From: Lama guanicoe | Lineage: Eukaryota | Direction: 5' to 3' | NCBI GenBank assembly: GCA_013239625.1 | Contig: MU054220.1 | Location: 1,293,509 to 1,357,508 of the forward strand | Length of the DNA stretch: 64,000 nucleotides | Part shown: one piece after another, positions 12,296 to 24,816 of the stretch | Layout: the number at the start of each line of letters is the position of its first letter | How positions within the stretch are numbered: the stretch's first letter is position 1 | Notes under the pieces: generated by a model | Told to the model about the DNA's origin: nothing | Databases searched by the model: none | Seen by the model: only the letters and a program-made list of their open reading frames with translations | Translations under genes and position numbers: made by a program

Positions 12296-14569
12296 AATCA
12301 GAGCCCAGGGCCATAGATTTACTCTTAAAAATGCCTCCACTATTCTGAACTGCTGTCCTCTGGATCTGAATACCTCCTGATTCCAGTCTGCAGTCCTGTT
12401 CTGATGTGGGAGAATGGGGCAGAGTAAAACAAAATCAGAGTAAGAAATCAGAGTAAGGAATTTCCCATCATTGGCAGAACACTAATTTCTAGTAAATATG
12501 CTAAGATGAGTCATGCAACTCAAAATATACTTTTTCACACCCAGGAACAGAAGGGAAAGAGAGAGAAAAGAGATGCTTTCCTTGCCACACAGGAGTACCA
12601 GAAAAATCTTTACCTGGATTGCCCCAAAATGAAAAAGCTTGTTGGTTCGAACAGGAGGAAAACACACCACATGCCGGCCCCAGTGGAGCAACAGCTCAGG
12701 ACAACAGAGTGTTCTATTCATGAGAAAAACATAAGAGAGATGTTTTCTTTGACTATTCAGAGCTTCAGTCACGTCCTCCTGGGCAAATAAAATTCACATG
12801 ACCGAGACAACACTGAAGAGTCCCCTTCCAAGATGAGCCACCAGCAATGCCCAGCCAGTAGCCCCGTGTCTCTCAGAAAAGGAGAACTCAAATAGGGAAA
12901 TCAGATTCTGAATTATTCAAAGAGATAGTGTCTTTATTGATTCAATAAACAAGTCCAATTTGGCCTTCATATTAATGCAAACTGTGAGAGAGAAAACACC
13001 CTCTCTTCTTTGCACGCAGGAGCTTGGCAACTGGCAAACTCTTGGGGCCGACGCGAGCACCTAAAATTCTGTTTGAAATACTGTCACAATATTGTCACAA
13101 TCTCCCTGAGTCTCCGTGGTGGTGTTCGTCAGCTTTAAATCCAGAAAGTGCCTTGAAATGCTCAGCTGCCATGGTCTATGGACTTCTCACCCGAGAAACA
13201 GAGACCCAGCCTCTTTGCTTTTGTGATGGAGTCAGGACGGGGGTAACAATAAACTATAAAAAGCACGCAGAATGCACACAGCGGGCATCTGATAAATGGT
13301 AGAGTGTATTATCCTTATCATGCAAATTTGAGAACCTCAAGGAAATGCTTCGATTTCCCACCTCCCAGCATTTTCATAGGAAATAAACTCATGTGACTAA
13401 TCCTTCATTCAGTAGCTATCGAGCTCCAATCATGTGCCAGGGACAGAGATGAAGGCGAGAGGTGAATGGTCTAGCTGAGGGAGACACAGAGAAATGAACC
13501 GGAGCCCGGTGAGCTGAGTGACGCAACAGAAGAACAGACTCGGGATGGATCTGGCTGGGCGCAGATTTCCAGACGCAGCCAACAGAAACAAGCCAGGTGG
13601 AGGCGAAGACTGACAAGGACAGAGGCTGCAGCCGGCTGGGAAGGCCTAGAGAAGAGAGAGGAAAAAAACACACGCACGCGGGAACAATCTGGAATACACC
13701 ACAGCCGGAGCACACTCAGGTGAAGAACATAAAAGAAGCTGGAGAGGTGGGCAGCCAACGAGCCATTCACCCCAAGGGCTCCAGAGAGGCAAAGAAGGAT
13801 TTTTAGCCGCGGAATGACCTAGTCAGACCTGCATTTCGGAAACACCTCTCCTGTTGGTGGTAGCAGTATAGAAAATAGATTAGTGGAGGCTGCAGAAATG
13901 TAAAGATGAACAGAACGTATGGAATCACCGTCAAAGCTGGGTACATAAGGAGACTATCCAAATCTGGGCTCTGGGGAAAGAATGTCTTTTGTTCCCTGTA
14001 AATGTTTCATCTCACCAGGCACACACGCACACACACAGTATCACGGGGGTCTTGTGATCACTCCTGGTACCGGGCTGTTTAGCAAGGCCCGTGTTATCTG
14101 GGACCTTCGGTAAGATGCAACACCTGCCTGCAGTCTGTATCCAAGGAAAACAAATCTGAGACCCGGAGCCGGGAAAGACTCGGGGACAGGAGGCATCGGT
14201 GATGCTAAGAAAGGGCAAAAGGCAGACCGGGGTTGCGGTGCGAGGCGACCCTTAACTATCAATACCAAACCTGACACTGGAGTCCCTTTCGTCTCCCATC
14301 AGCCAGTTTCTCAGTAAAGCTCCCAAAATAAGAGGGGTGAGGGAAGAAGCAGAATTAAGAAAACTTGTAAAACTGCGAAAATCAGTCACACTTAAATCCA
14401 CAGGTACGATGCCCAGAAGTGACAAAGAAATGATGTTATTCAGAAAGAGGAGGAGGGCAGGGAGAGGGAAGGATGGCTCCAGGATCAGTTCAACAAATCA
14501 ATAAATGCCACCCCACCCCACCTCACCCCACCCCACAGCACAGCACAGAATCTGTTCTATTTGGTGAGA

Positions 14570-14812
14570 GGCAATACAGCCATGTGGTGAGATGACTCTG
14601 GAGTCAGACCCAAGCTTAATTCCCAGCACTGCCACTTGCTATGTAACCTTGCTTGAGCCCAGTTTTTTAAAACTCTCTGGGCCACAGCTTTTGACATTGC
14701 CTGAAAAACAAACCCTAACTCATTGGGTAGATACAAGGATTAAAGCGAGAATATGCATAAAGCAGTTAGCACCTAGTATGTGCTTGGAAAAGTGAAGGCT
14801 GTTACCATTAGT
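14570..14812 (+). mobile_element. MIR SINE
   Basis: GACTCTGGAGTCAGAC...TCCCAGCACTGCCACTTGCTATGTAACCTTG...GGATTAAA...TTAGCAC. Confidence 0.7.
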
Positions 14813-15019
14813 ATCATAGATGAAACCCTCATGAAACTGATCAGAAAAAGATCAGAAGCAAAGCTGTGCTCCCCAGAGATGCTGACTGGAAGAGACGGCA
14901 GATTCTGCATCTCATGCAGTGACCTGTTTTTGAGGTTGGCATAGAAACTGCTGTGGGGACATCTCCACCGGCACCACTGTTATCAGGCCCTCCCTCCACA
15001 GAAGTATTAATCGACATCA

Positions 15020-15400
15020 TGAACATCCATTCGGCAAGCATTTACTGAGCACTTACTACGTGGTAGGCAATGCGACAGCCCATACTGGAGCAATGGCAGG
15101 AAGACCCGCCCTGTCTTCAAGGAGGTGAATCATTCAAAAAGACACAGACACAAATAAATGTAACACCAGACAGGAAATCATGCCACACGGCAGACACGGG
15201 GAACAGTTGTAAGTGCAGAAGGCCCAGGGGCCAATTATACAGAGAACATACCAGGGCAAAGCAAACAAAGGAGGGCCTGAACTGAGTCTTGCAAAGGGAG
15301 CTGAACTTGGCATGTGGAGACACCAGGAAGGTCACTGCAGGCAAAAGCAATGGTGAATATAGATGCATAGAGGCCAGAAAGGACAGGACATGGAAAGGTG
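15020..15400 (-). mobile_element. L2 LINE 3' fragment
   Basis: CATTCGGCAAGCATTTACTGAGCACTTACTA is the reverse L2 3' terminus, followed by degraded L2 body. Confidence 0.55.
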
Positions 15401-15740
15401 GCAGCAGGTATGGGGGGCTGGAAAGGTATGAGTCTGGACGTGAACCCTTAGCTCAGCACTGTTCCATGTGCTGATGCTACAGGATATCAACAGGTGTCTT
15501 GGGGGGCAGATTGGCTTCCACAGAACCAAACAGGCTTTCTGACCGTGGTGCATGTCTGAGCCTCCGAGAGTTTTAAGGGCTTTGGGAATCTCTTTAGAAT
15601 AGAGCTTTCACCCAGCATGTTTGACCAAAGGGCCCCCTTTTTACCCCCATATTCTCTCCAGGGTCTGAGAGAAGGCACAGCATGGGAAAGACAGTTGTGG
15701 GGACCAGGGCTGTGCTTCAGAAAGTCTATTTTATATATTG

Positions 15741-15910
15741 TAAAACAGATCAACAATTCCTACTGTCTAGCACAGGGAAATACAGTCAATATCTTGTAAT
15801 AACTTATAATGAAACAGAATATGAAAAAGAATATATATATGTATAACTGAATCACTATGCTGTATACCAGAAACTAACACAACACTGTATATCAACTATA
15901 CTTCAATTAC
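15741..15910 (+). mobile_element. 5'-truncated L1 3' end
   Basis: TAGCACAGGGAAATA...GTATAACTGAATCACTATGCTGTATACCAGAAACTAACACAACACTGT...CAACTATACTTCAAT. Confidence 0.88.
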
Positions 15911-16025
15911 AAAGAAAGAAAGAAAGAAAAGGATAAGATAGGAAAGGAAAGGAAAGGAGAGGGAAGAGAAGAGAAGAGAAGAAGAGAAGAGAAGAGAAGA
16001 GGGGAAAAAAGAACAGAAAAGAAAG
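15911..16025 (+). repeat. Polypurine compound microsatellite (AAAG / GGAAA / AAGAG) derived from the L1 tail
   Basis: About 115 nt, almost all A/G, directly after the L1 terminus. Confidence 0.85.
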
Positions 16026-18374
16026 TTACTACACCGACTGAAAAACTGAGAACAGATGTTTTCCAACAGGCACGATGGGGGTCTGCATAGGGTCGGCGCT
16101 GGGAGGACTAAATCACATGTGATTCGGCCACCCAACTATCTTTGACTCTTTCAAGTGCCCTCTCTTCACAACGTGGCATTCTTTAACGTGTGCACTTTGC
16201 ATGTGCCGTGCAGGACAGCCTGTGCTCCTGCCAGGTGAAGGACAGGCCCCAGTGCTGCTCCAGAGACCGGTTCACCACTGCCAAAGTCAACAAAGAAGAG
16301 GGAGAGGAAGACCTCCAGAGCTCCCTCACTCTGGACCATCCAGGTGAGAAGTGGATGAGCTCAGCGAGAGCAGGGCGTGCCTGGCTCCTCCGGGCGGGCT
16401 CTGGAGGTCCGACAGGAGAAAGACAGGAGAACAAAGAATGGCCAAAGGAGCACTGGGTTTGGAGGCAGATGGACCTGGGTTTAAATGCTTTCTTCTACTT
16501 TTAAGTTCACACTCTCAGTAAACTCATTTCTAGGAATCTGTCCTAGGCTGGTTGCCAATACAGTGTGACTTACAATAGCAAAAAAAAAGACTCAGCCTAA
16601 ACATCCAAAAGTGGCAAGGTGGGTAAATAAACAAGCATATGCACACATGATAAACTAGGAGGCCACTGCTAAAAACCACTCTTCACAATTATATTCACAG
16701 CCCACATAACCTATGAAAGGAGAGGAAATGTTGATTTAGACGGGATGTAAGTAATATGAAATTTACAGACAGAAGAAAAGGGGAAAGGAATGCAGGAAGT
16801 TTACAATCAGGAATGACTCTGAAAGAGCAAAGGTCTGCGATTAAAACAAGGCAGAGAAGTTGAGAGCAGGAGACCTGAGAGGGCCCGCCTCAGGCCTCAG
16901 CCGGATTCAGATTCGCTTGCAGGTTGCGTGCGGAATGCCAAGAAGGGGCAGGACGCAGATAGAGGCGTCTATCTGTTTCAGCCAAGATATAGGTCAGTGT
17001 GTCATTTCTTCAAAGAGGTGAGTCGGGATCAGAGTAGCCGGTAATTCAAAGGCAGGAGAGATGAGAGCTCAATTAAAGGGGCCTCTCTAGAGGGTCGGGC
17101 ACTCCCCTAAGACTTCAATCCTTTCCACCCAGCAAGTGACTAAGAAGAATGTGCTATGAAGCAGATGATTCTCCCCCTCTCCAGCCATCCCATAAATTGG
17201 TCCTGTGTTTCCCAACACCAGAGGGGTAGTAACTCACGCAGAGCAAAATGCCAGTAAGTACAAATTTAGAACATGGGTTCAACAATACTCTGATCAGACC
17301 TCCAGCAGCAACCCCACAGAGATGGGGGCGGGGGGAGGAGAAAGCAAGAACCCAGCTCTCCCTGCAACTTAATTCTATGCTCTAATTCAGAGCAGTATAA
17401 TTAACCCCGAGTTTCACTGCTAACACTGAACTTTTTCAGCCTGATGAGAATATCATTTAGAACCCTGCCATCGCCAATAATAGCAATATGACACAATAGT
17501 GCCTATTGAGGCTCTAATCAGGGCGCATAGTCATTTACATAGAACATTTTCTGTGACTCTCTGTAATACAACGCCACAAAGGCTCGATTGAGACACGTCT
17601 CCCTTTCCCATAAACGAAAAGAGAAAAAAAAGAGAAAAGGAAAGAAAGAAACCACAATTTCCTTTACAGGACAGCACAGATGGTCCCCACCCTTCCCGAG
17701 GGTTCTCCAGGCCCCGGCACTTCACTAGAAACTGCTCATCCTGACGCTGACCAGAAACTAGACGCTTGCGCATTACGGGGTCTGGACGTTGGCCTAATCT
17801 CTTTCCCCCGGAAAAGGAGCTGTGTGGTGCCGTAGGAAAGCCCTGGGCTTAATAGAACGGAGCAAGGGACGTGGAGGGGCCCAGTTGGATTAACAGCTTT
17901 CAAATCCAAGCTCCGGCTTCACCGGCCTCCTTGGGGGAGGGGTCTCACGTGGCCTTGGATTGAGGCCTGGAGACACATGGGCCACTGTCCCATCCTGCGG
18001 CCCCACAGGTGCCACGGGCCACAGAGTGAGTCTGCAAGGAGATGACCGGGTGCCGTGAGTCACCAGGGAAAGACAGTGCTGTGTGCACAGTGCAGGACGG
18101 TCCCTGTGCTGAGGAAACCAGCAGGATTCGGGGGCCAGACAGACCAGAGTCTCAATCCTGGAGCAATTCTTTACACTCTGAGCAGTTACTTAACTGCTTG
18201 GAGCCTTTGCTTCCCGCTCTGGAGAATGGGCTTTGAAGACCACACAGGGATCAAGCATCTGAGATACACAACAGTGCCCAGCATGAAAAGAGCAACAACT
18301 ACGGGTGTGGCCATGGTCGTTGCTCTTTAGGAACGATTCGTGGAAAAACCAACAGGCCTTGGAGTGTTGTGTTG

Positions 18375-18595
18375 AAAAGCCTGGACCTGGAGCCAGGCTC
18401 CCCTGGGTTCAAATCTGAGCTCTACCACTTGTCAACTGAGTGACCTTATTTAACCTCTGTGCCTATGTCCTCATCTGTAAAATGGGCAAAATAGATAATA
18501 GCACCTACCTCCTAGGGCTGATATGGGGATTAAATGAGTTAATATATATACAGCATTTATACAGTGTGTGTGTGTGTGTGTGTGTGTGTCTGTGT

Positions 18596-18634
<39 letters not shown>

Positions 18635-18670
18635 AATGCCAGGCATTATTCAATCCACGTGATGTAAATA
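18375..18670 (+). mobile_element. MIR SINE interrupted by a (TG)n microsatellite
   Basis: CTGGGTTCAAATCTGAGCTCTACCACTT...CTCATCTGTAAAATGGG...GGATTAAATGAGTTAATA. Confidence 0.85.
18564..18627. repeat. Interrupted (GT)n microsatellite
   Basis: About 64 bp with two TC interruptions. Confidence 0.95.
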
Positions 18671-19629
18671 AGATGAATCAATAGGGATCTGGGGAAAGGG
18701 GAGTCCTTTAATGTAACAGGACAGGTTACTAATATCTATATTGTGCCTGCATATTCATATCCACCAAGTTACTTAAGCCTTTAATTGAAACAAACAAACA
18801 AACAAAAAACAGATCTATGATATGCAGTTGGGGCCTAAATTCTAATGATGTCCTAGGAATCTTTCTTTCTTGAAGGTTTCCTTTAAGAAAGAAGGGGAAA
18901 AAAAAAACCACCCTGATTAATGGGAAGCACCGAATGAATGACCATTTGTTCTTTTTCTAGCTCAAGTCTTTGCCTGTACAGCCAAGGTCTTCCCAGCTGA
19001 TCACATCCTTCTCACGAGCCGTCTAGAGGGGATGGCCAGCAGGAAGGTCCCAGCCAGTGTCCAGCACCAGGACAAGATGGGCTGAAAGAGAGGACGAGGG
19101 AGTTTGGGCCAAGCTTATATGTTACTTTCCAAGCGAGAAGGGCTCCACTTGGTGACCGTTAATAGTGTCAGTACTTAGTTCAGACTAAGAAGTTCTCCCG
19201 GGACCCTGTTCTGTGCGTGCCCAAATTTGCCTTGGAGAGAAGCCTTTCAGTAAATGAAGCATGTGTCAAATACTCAGCTGGCTAGTGCAGGTCAAGTGCT
19301 CTGTTTCTGCTGACAAACCCCAACAGGGCCACCATCAGCAGTACCACCCACCCAACAGCTATCAAGGCCAGACCTCAAGCACAGACTCGCCACTGATCGT
19401 CTTCTCCACCGTACTAGTCTCATCATTCTGAAGGGCTACCACACCAGACTGGGAGCAACACAGGGACCGGTCCTTGGTCACTCATCCAGATGCAAACCCA
19501 AGGCCAACGAGGCAGACAGGCACTTGTATCTTGAATATCTGCCAAGACTGGACACGTGCACCACCTGGCCAGTACCGCCGATCTAACATGATGTCAGTGA
19601 TCTCATCCAGTCCCGCAGCGTTGTATAGC

Positions 19630-20040
19630 TGATGCCTCTCAAATTTATCTTTCCAGCCCCAATGTCTTCTCTGAACTCTGGGCACCTGTTACCAGCACCT
19701 TGCTCAACATCTCTACATGAATGTCTAAAAGCATCGCCACACCCCCTGCCCAGTTCATTGCACTCCCTGACAGAGCTGCCTCTTCTTTTTCCACAAACAA
19801 GCCAATCGGGGCATTTGCACCTAATATTCCCTTTGCCCCCTTGGGGAGGCTTTGTCTGACCACCAATGTGAAACAGCACCTGCCCACCATCACCCTGTTC
19901 TATTTCTCTTCACAGCTTGAAGTCTACCTGTCTTCCCCACCACATGTAAGCTCCATGAGGAAGGTACAGACATACCCCCAGCACACAAACGGGGTTTGGC
20001 ACAGAGTAGGTATTGGATAAATTGTGTGTGCTGAATGAAT
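19630..20040 (+). mobile_element. L2 LINE fragments
   Basis: CTCAAATTTATCTTTCCAGCCC...ACATCTCTACATGAATGTCT...TGTAAGCTCCATGAGG...GGCACAGAGTAGG...TGAATGAAT terminus. Confidence 0.7.
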
Positions 20041-21509
20041 CCATTCATTGGTTTATTAATTAATGAATCCATTAATCGGTTTATTGATTAATTGCCAAGG
20101 TAGACAAGGAGAGGGTCAAAAAGCAAAATGGCATCTGGGGCTGAACTTACAAGAAAGTTTTCAAGAAGCACTTGAAGTCCAACCAAGGAGTCTCGGGGAG
20201 GCGCTTGGCAGCCAGTGAGGCTAGGCTGTCAGCGTCTCTTCTCTCCCTTTCCCCCTCTGTATTTTACTTCATGTTTTGAAACTGATGGTACATCAAAGTC
20301 CACAATTGAAACACATGAGAATTTCACCAAAAAAAGGAACCAAGCCGGGGGAACAGCCTGCAAGGGGGCAAGAAGAGAGGCTGGGGAGCAGTCTCTCTCT
20401 GCCACCTGGCCTGACCTGGCCAGCCAGACATAGCCGTGGCAGTGGTGACTTGCTGAGCCTTGACCAAGAGGCAGGTACCTAGCTGGACACTCATTCTCAT
20501 GACAACCCAGGATACAGTTACAGGGACGCCATCTCTACATGGCGCTAATGTCACCGGGGGATGGGGCAGACCTGGGCATAACATAATAACCCTTGAAATT
20601 TATCAACCTAGGCATTTTGGTGGGGAAGGACACGCCGTTCCCTTGAGCTCCAGCACTGGACAGGTGAAGTCATGGGCTCACAGCTTACACGGAGGACCTG
20701 CACTCCTCCTAAAATGGAAAATGAAAATTACGCATTTTAATCACTAGAACCACACTCACATGGCAGGATGACCACACTGTGAGAGGCACCAGGACACCAG
20801 GAAGGAAGATCACATGCATGTCTCCAATTCCCTGCAGGTCAAATCTAGATACACAGTTGGACATAAAGAGCAGAGCCGAGTCTGATCCCGCCCCTCCAGC
20901 ATGTTGAGCCAGACTCAGGCTGGACCTCACCTGTGTTGTCCTTGACCCCAAGGCACCCGCCACCCTACGGGTGCTTCCCAAACGCCTGCCAGAGGCACTG
21001 CAGCCAAGCAGAGTATTAACAACCATTCACATCATGCTTTCAAGTCCACAGCGGGTGTCTGCAGGCTTCAGCAGCCCCATAAGGTGGTGCTACTCCTTGG
21101 CTCACTTGATGAGAAAAGCTCAGAGAGGTAAGAGGAGGAACGGAGTTGACCCAGGTTTTCTGACACCAGGGCCTGGGCTCTTTCTACAACTCGACACGAT
21201 TTACCTTCTGCCCTCCTACTTTTTCAGGCTCCCTGCATCCTCATCCCGCCATTTATGAAAAGGAAGAGGAGGCTAGGAGTCTGTACACCTAGACACTAAC
21301 AGGCGATGGTCCCTGTGCAGAACAATAGCTGGTCCTTTGCTTAGAGGCGAGCAGAAGAGTTGGAAGGAGGTCAGTTCACAAATTTCTACAACGTACCAAC
21401 ATTCTTTAAAACCCTGCGTGCTGGCCCCGTCCGCAACACCCAGGCTCCTCCTCCTCCCCCTCCTCCTTCAAAAAAGACCTTTGTTTTTAATTGTACAAAC
21501 TGCACTGGG

Positions 21510-21940
21510 GACAAAAAGGCAACACTTCCCAGCCTTCCTTACAGCTAGGTGTGCGTATGTGACGAAGTCACCACCAATGGGACGTAAGTAGCAGTGTCTG
21601 GGGGACTCCAGAAAAGAGCTGAGAGAGCGAGCTGATTCGGCAGAGAAGGTGCCTCCTTTTAGGCCTGTGCTTCTTCTTCCTCCTGCGAGCACATGGCTCG
21701 GGCAGGAGAGCGGGGATTCCAGAACACCCCGGACTGCAAGGGGACTGGAAGACGGAGGCCTGGGTCTCAGATGGTACCCTGGGGCCCTATGGGCCCTGAA
21801 CTGCTTCCTCCAACTTACTATCATGAGAGAAATAACCCTTTACATCACTTAAGCATCTTCTAAATTACTGTTAATCTGAAATTTGGGGGGCAGGGGGTGG
21901 CCGTTGTATATGCAGCTACATCTGATCTTAACTAACATGA
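21510..21940 (+). mobile_element. ERVL-class solo LTR (LTR16/LTR33-like)
   Basis: TTCCCAGCCTTCCTTACAGCTAGG...ATGTGAC...CCAATGGGA...TGAGAGAAATAACC...TTAAGC...GCAGCT...CTTAACTAACA. Confidence 0.6.
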
Positions 21941-22682
21941 GCTTAAAGCAAAAATAAAACACCAACCAAACACTGCCCCCGTCTTTACTCCCAACCAGCT
22001 CCATAAAAAGCAAAACATCTGTCCAGACAAAAATCCAACATTCCTACAAATTAATCTGTTTTACATTTGAATGTCCAGAACCTCCTATACCATCCTCTCT
22101 ATCACTAGCCCCAAAGAACATACAGTCAAGATTCTATGTCCTTCTCTAATTAACAGAAAAATGTCCTGCGGTCTCACTGAGAGGTACTCATCACAGGTCT
22201 TCGTGAGTCTGGGGGAGGAAAGGGTATGGAAAGCAGTCTGAAGCTCCTGGGGGACTGGGGGGTTGAGGAGGGCGCAGAGCAGGACATGGAGCTGAAAATA
22301 GTGCTGCTCATCTTTAATATTTTTATTCTCTCTCCTATGCTGCTCAACATGCATGTTTATCAGATACAAACTGCGCAGTAATTATAAAGGGGATTGCCAA
22401 AGAAATCCTCAACACACAAAACAGAAAAAAAAAAAATCCACGTGCTTAGCATTGGGGGAACTTCGTATCACCTCATTTAATTCACGCTGAAAATAATTAT
22501 AGTAACAAGCTAGGTTTTCTCCTATTACTCCATCACATATAAGGAAATTGTGTTTGGAGAGGTGAGAAGAGTTGTCTGAGGCCACACAGTCAGACAGTCT
22601 TATTAAAACAACTGGGAGGGGAAGAGAGGAAAGGGCAAAGAGCAATTCTCCCTCTTTCATAAATCTTTCCAATCTGAATTTT

Positions 22683-22802
22683 TTTTTCTTTTTTTTTTAT
22701 TGAAGTATAGTTGGCTTACAATGTCTCAGGTGTACAGTAAAGTGATTCAATTATACACATATAAATTCTTTTTCAGATTCTTTTCCATTATAGGTTATGT
22801 AT
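22683..22802 (-). mobile_element. 5'-truncated L1 3' end with TSD
   Basis: Poly-T then ATTGAAGTATAGTTG...GGTGTACAG...TTCCATTATAGGTTAT. TSD AATCTGAATTTT at 22671-22682 and 22803-22814. Confidence 0.88.
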
Positions 22803-24289
22803 AATCTGAATTTTATACAACTATGTACATGTATTGAATTTTCTTTTCCCTTTCAAAAAAATTGTCATTTTTCCTGGCTCTGGAAAGGGAAAAGTAATTA
22901 GACCAATCTGCACGAGGTCACAAGGGCTAAGCAATGCACACCGGGGTGAGGCTCACCTGACCCAGGAGGACCAGCCCACACCCACGAGGCATGGGTAGGG
23001 ATGTTGGATGAGGCGGGACCTGGTCCACTGTGCTCCCTGCAGCAGCTGGCGCTCTCAGCAGAGGGCCTGGGGCACACACAGGAAGCCCACCGCCAATGCT
23101 CTGCTCAAAACCACAGTTCCACACAGGGACAAACCTGGGTCACGCAGCACTGGAATGTGCTGTAAAATCGTACATTTATCATTGAAAATCTCTTTGGCTT
23201 TAGATTCTGTTCCAAACTACCCTTCATTTGCAGGAGTCCTGACTTGCAGCTTTAACCTCCCTCCCTGTTATGGACCTAAGCACGGCCAAGGACAGGAAGG
23301 CTACCGGCTCAATCAGGCTCACAGAGGAGGCCGGTTCATCCACACAATGTTTTGAAACAAATCTGAGCTAACTTTAACACTTAACAGATTTCACATTAAA
23401 AGCCCAGATTTCTAGTTTTTCTTGAAGAACTGGGTGATGTAGCAACATGAGGTCCCCATTCTTGGGATGGCCACGAGGGGAGATGGCAGATGGCGAAAGG
23501 GGGCCTGGAGAGGTCCCCAGAGCTGCTCCCGGCACCCCCGCTGCTGAGGCCAGCACCCATCGGCAAGCCTATTTCTCCACCATAAGACAAGCATTTCTTG
23601 GTGTCCAGGCCTCTATCAAAAGCACAGCATGGAAAGATAAACCAAGAAGACTTTGCGTTTCAAGAAAGGTGAGAGAGCATAAGACTCGGCAGCAGGGAAG
23701 ACCTCTGCTCTGTCTCGTGTGCAAGCCACGTACAACTGTGAGGAAAGACTGCTAACTTAGGATGCTTGTTCTTTTGCCTGGGGAGCCCCTCCCATTTTCA
23801 CTCACTGCCTGGACCCTGGATGCACGTGAGCTCGGGACCTAAGAGCTCTCTGAAGAAGAGCTTTTAGGGAGAAAAAGGAACAAACTTGACAACACTGGAG
23901 GCAGCCCCTGAGCTGAATTCCACAAAGACCATCAGACAGCAAAGGCCACTGCCAAGTATGCGATGTATACCGCAGCTGCACAGAGAGATAGCTAAACTCA
24001 GGCCCTTATTATTACTCTAGGAGCCACAGGAGGCCCTCCTAGGCCCAGCTTTGGGGGCCAGACAGTGATCCAAGCAGATCTGAAGCAGCCCCCAGCCAAG
24101 GGAAGGCAGCCAGGCCACCCCAAAGAGCTCAGAGTCTCATCCTAGAGAGTGTCTGAGCCAGACTTCTGGTTGCCCCCTGCCCTTTGGATATGCCTGAATG
24201 AACAGTCACTAAAATGCTCAGGACAGGGATGTGAATGACACCACACCTGAGGGCTGGGAAGAACATTAGGAGGGCAGGAAACTCCATGC

Positions 24290-24816
24290 TTTTTTTTTTA
24301 ACTGAAGTATAGTTTATTTATAATGTTGTGTTAGTTTCCGATGTACAGCATAGTGATTCAGTCACACATATATATACATACATTCTTTTTCATAGTAGGT
24401 TATTACAAACTATTGAATAGAGTTCACTATGCTATACAGTAGGTCCTTGTTGTTTATATATTTTATATATAGTAGTTTGTATCCACTAATCCCAACCTCC
24501 TAACTTACCCCCCTTCCTCTTTCCCCTTTGGTAACCATAAGTTTGTTTTCTATGCCCGTGAGTCTATTTCTGTTTTGTAAATAAGTTCATTAGTGTCAAC
24601 TTTTTAGATTCCACATATAAGTGATATCATGTGCTATTTGTCTTTAACTTACATCATGTAGTATGATAATCTCTAGGTCCATACGTGTTGCTACAAATGC
24701 CATTATTTCATTCTTTTTATGGCTGAGTAATATTCCACTGCATGTATATACCACATCTTCTTTATCCAGTCATCTGTCCTTGGACATTCAGGTTGCTCCC
24801 ATGACTTGGCTATTTT
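24290..24816 (-). mobile_element. L1 3' region (~525 bp)
   Basis: Poly-T, GAAGTATAGTT, CCCCTTTGGTAACCATAAGTTTG, AGATTCCACATATAAGTGATATCAT and ATGGCTGAGTAATATTCCA are typical mammalian L1 3' motifs. Confidence 0.92.

Noticed and set aside
14525..14554. Minus-strand CAG|ATTCTGTGC (Ile-Leu-Cys) resembling the expected start of PTPRJ exon 2
   Set aside because: Poor polypyrimidine tract, downstream codons do not fit, and it lies in simple repeats next to a MIR. Exon 2 is expected much further away.
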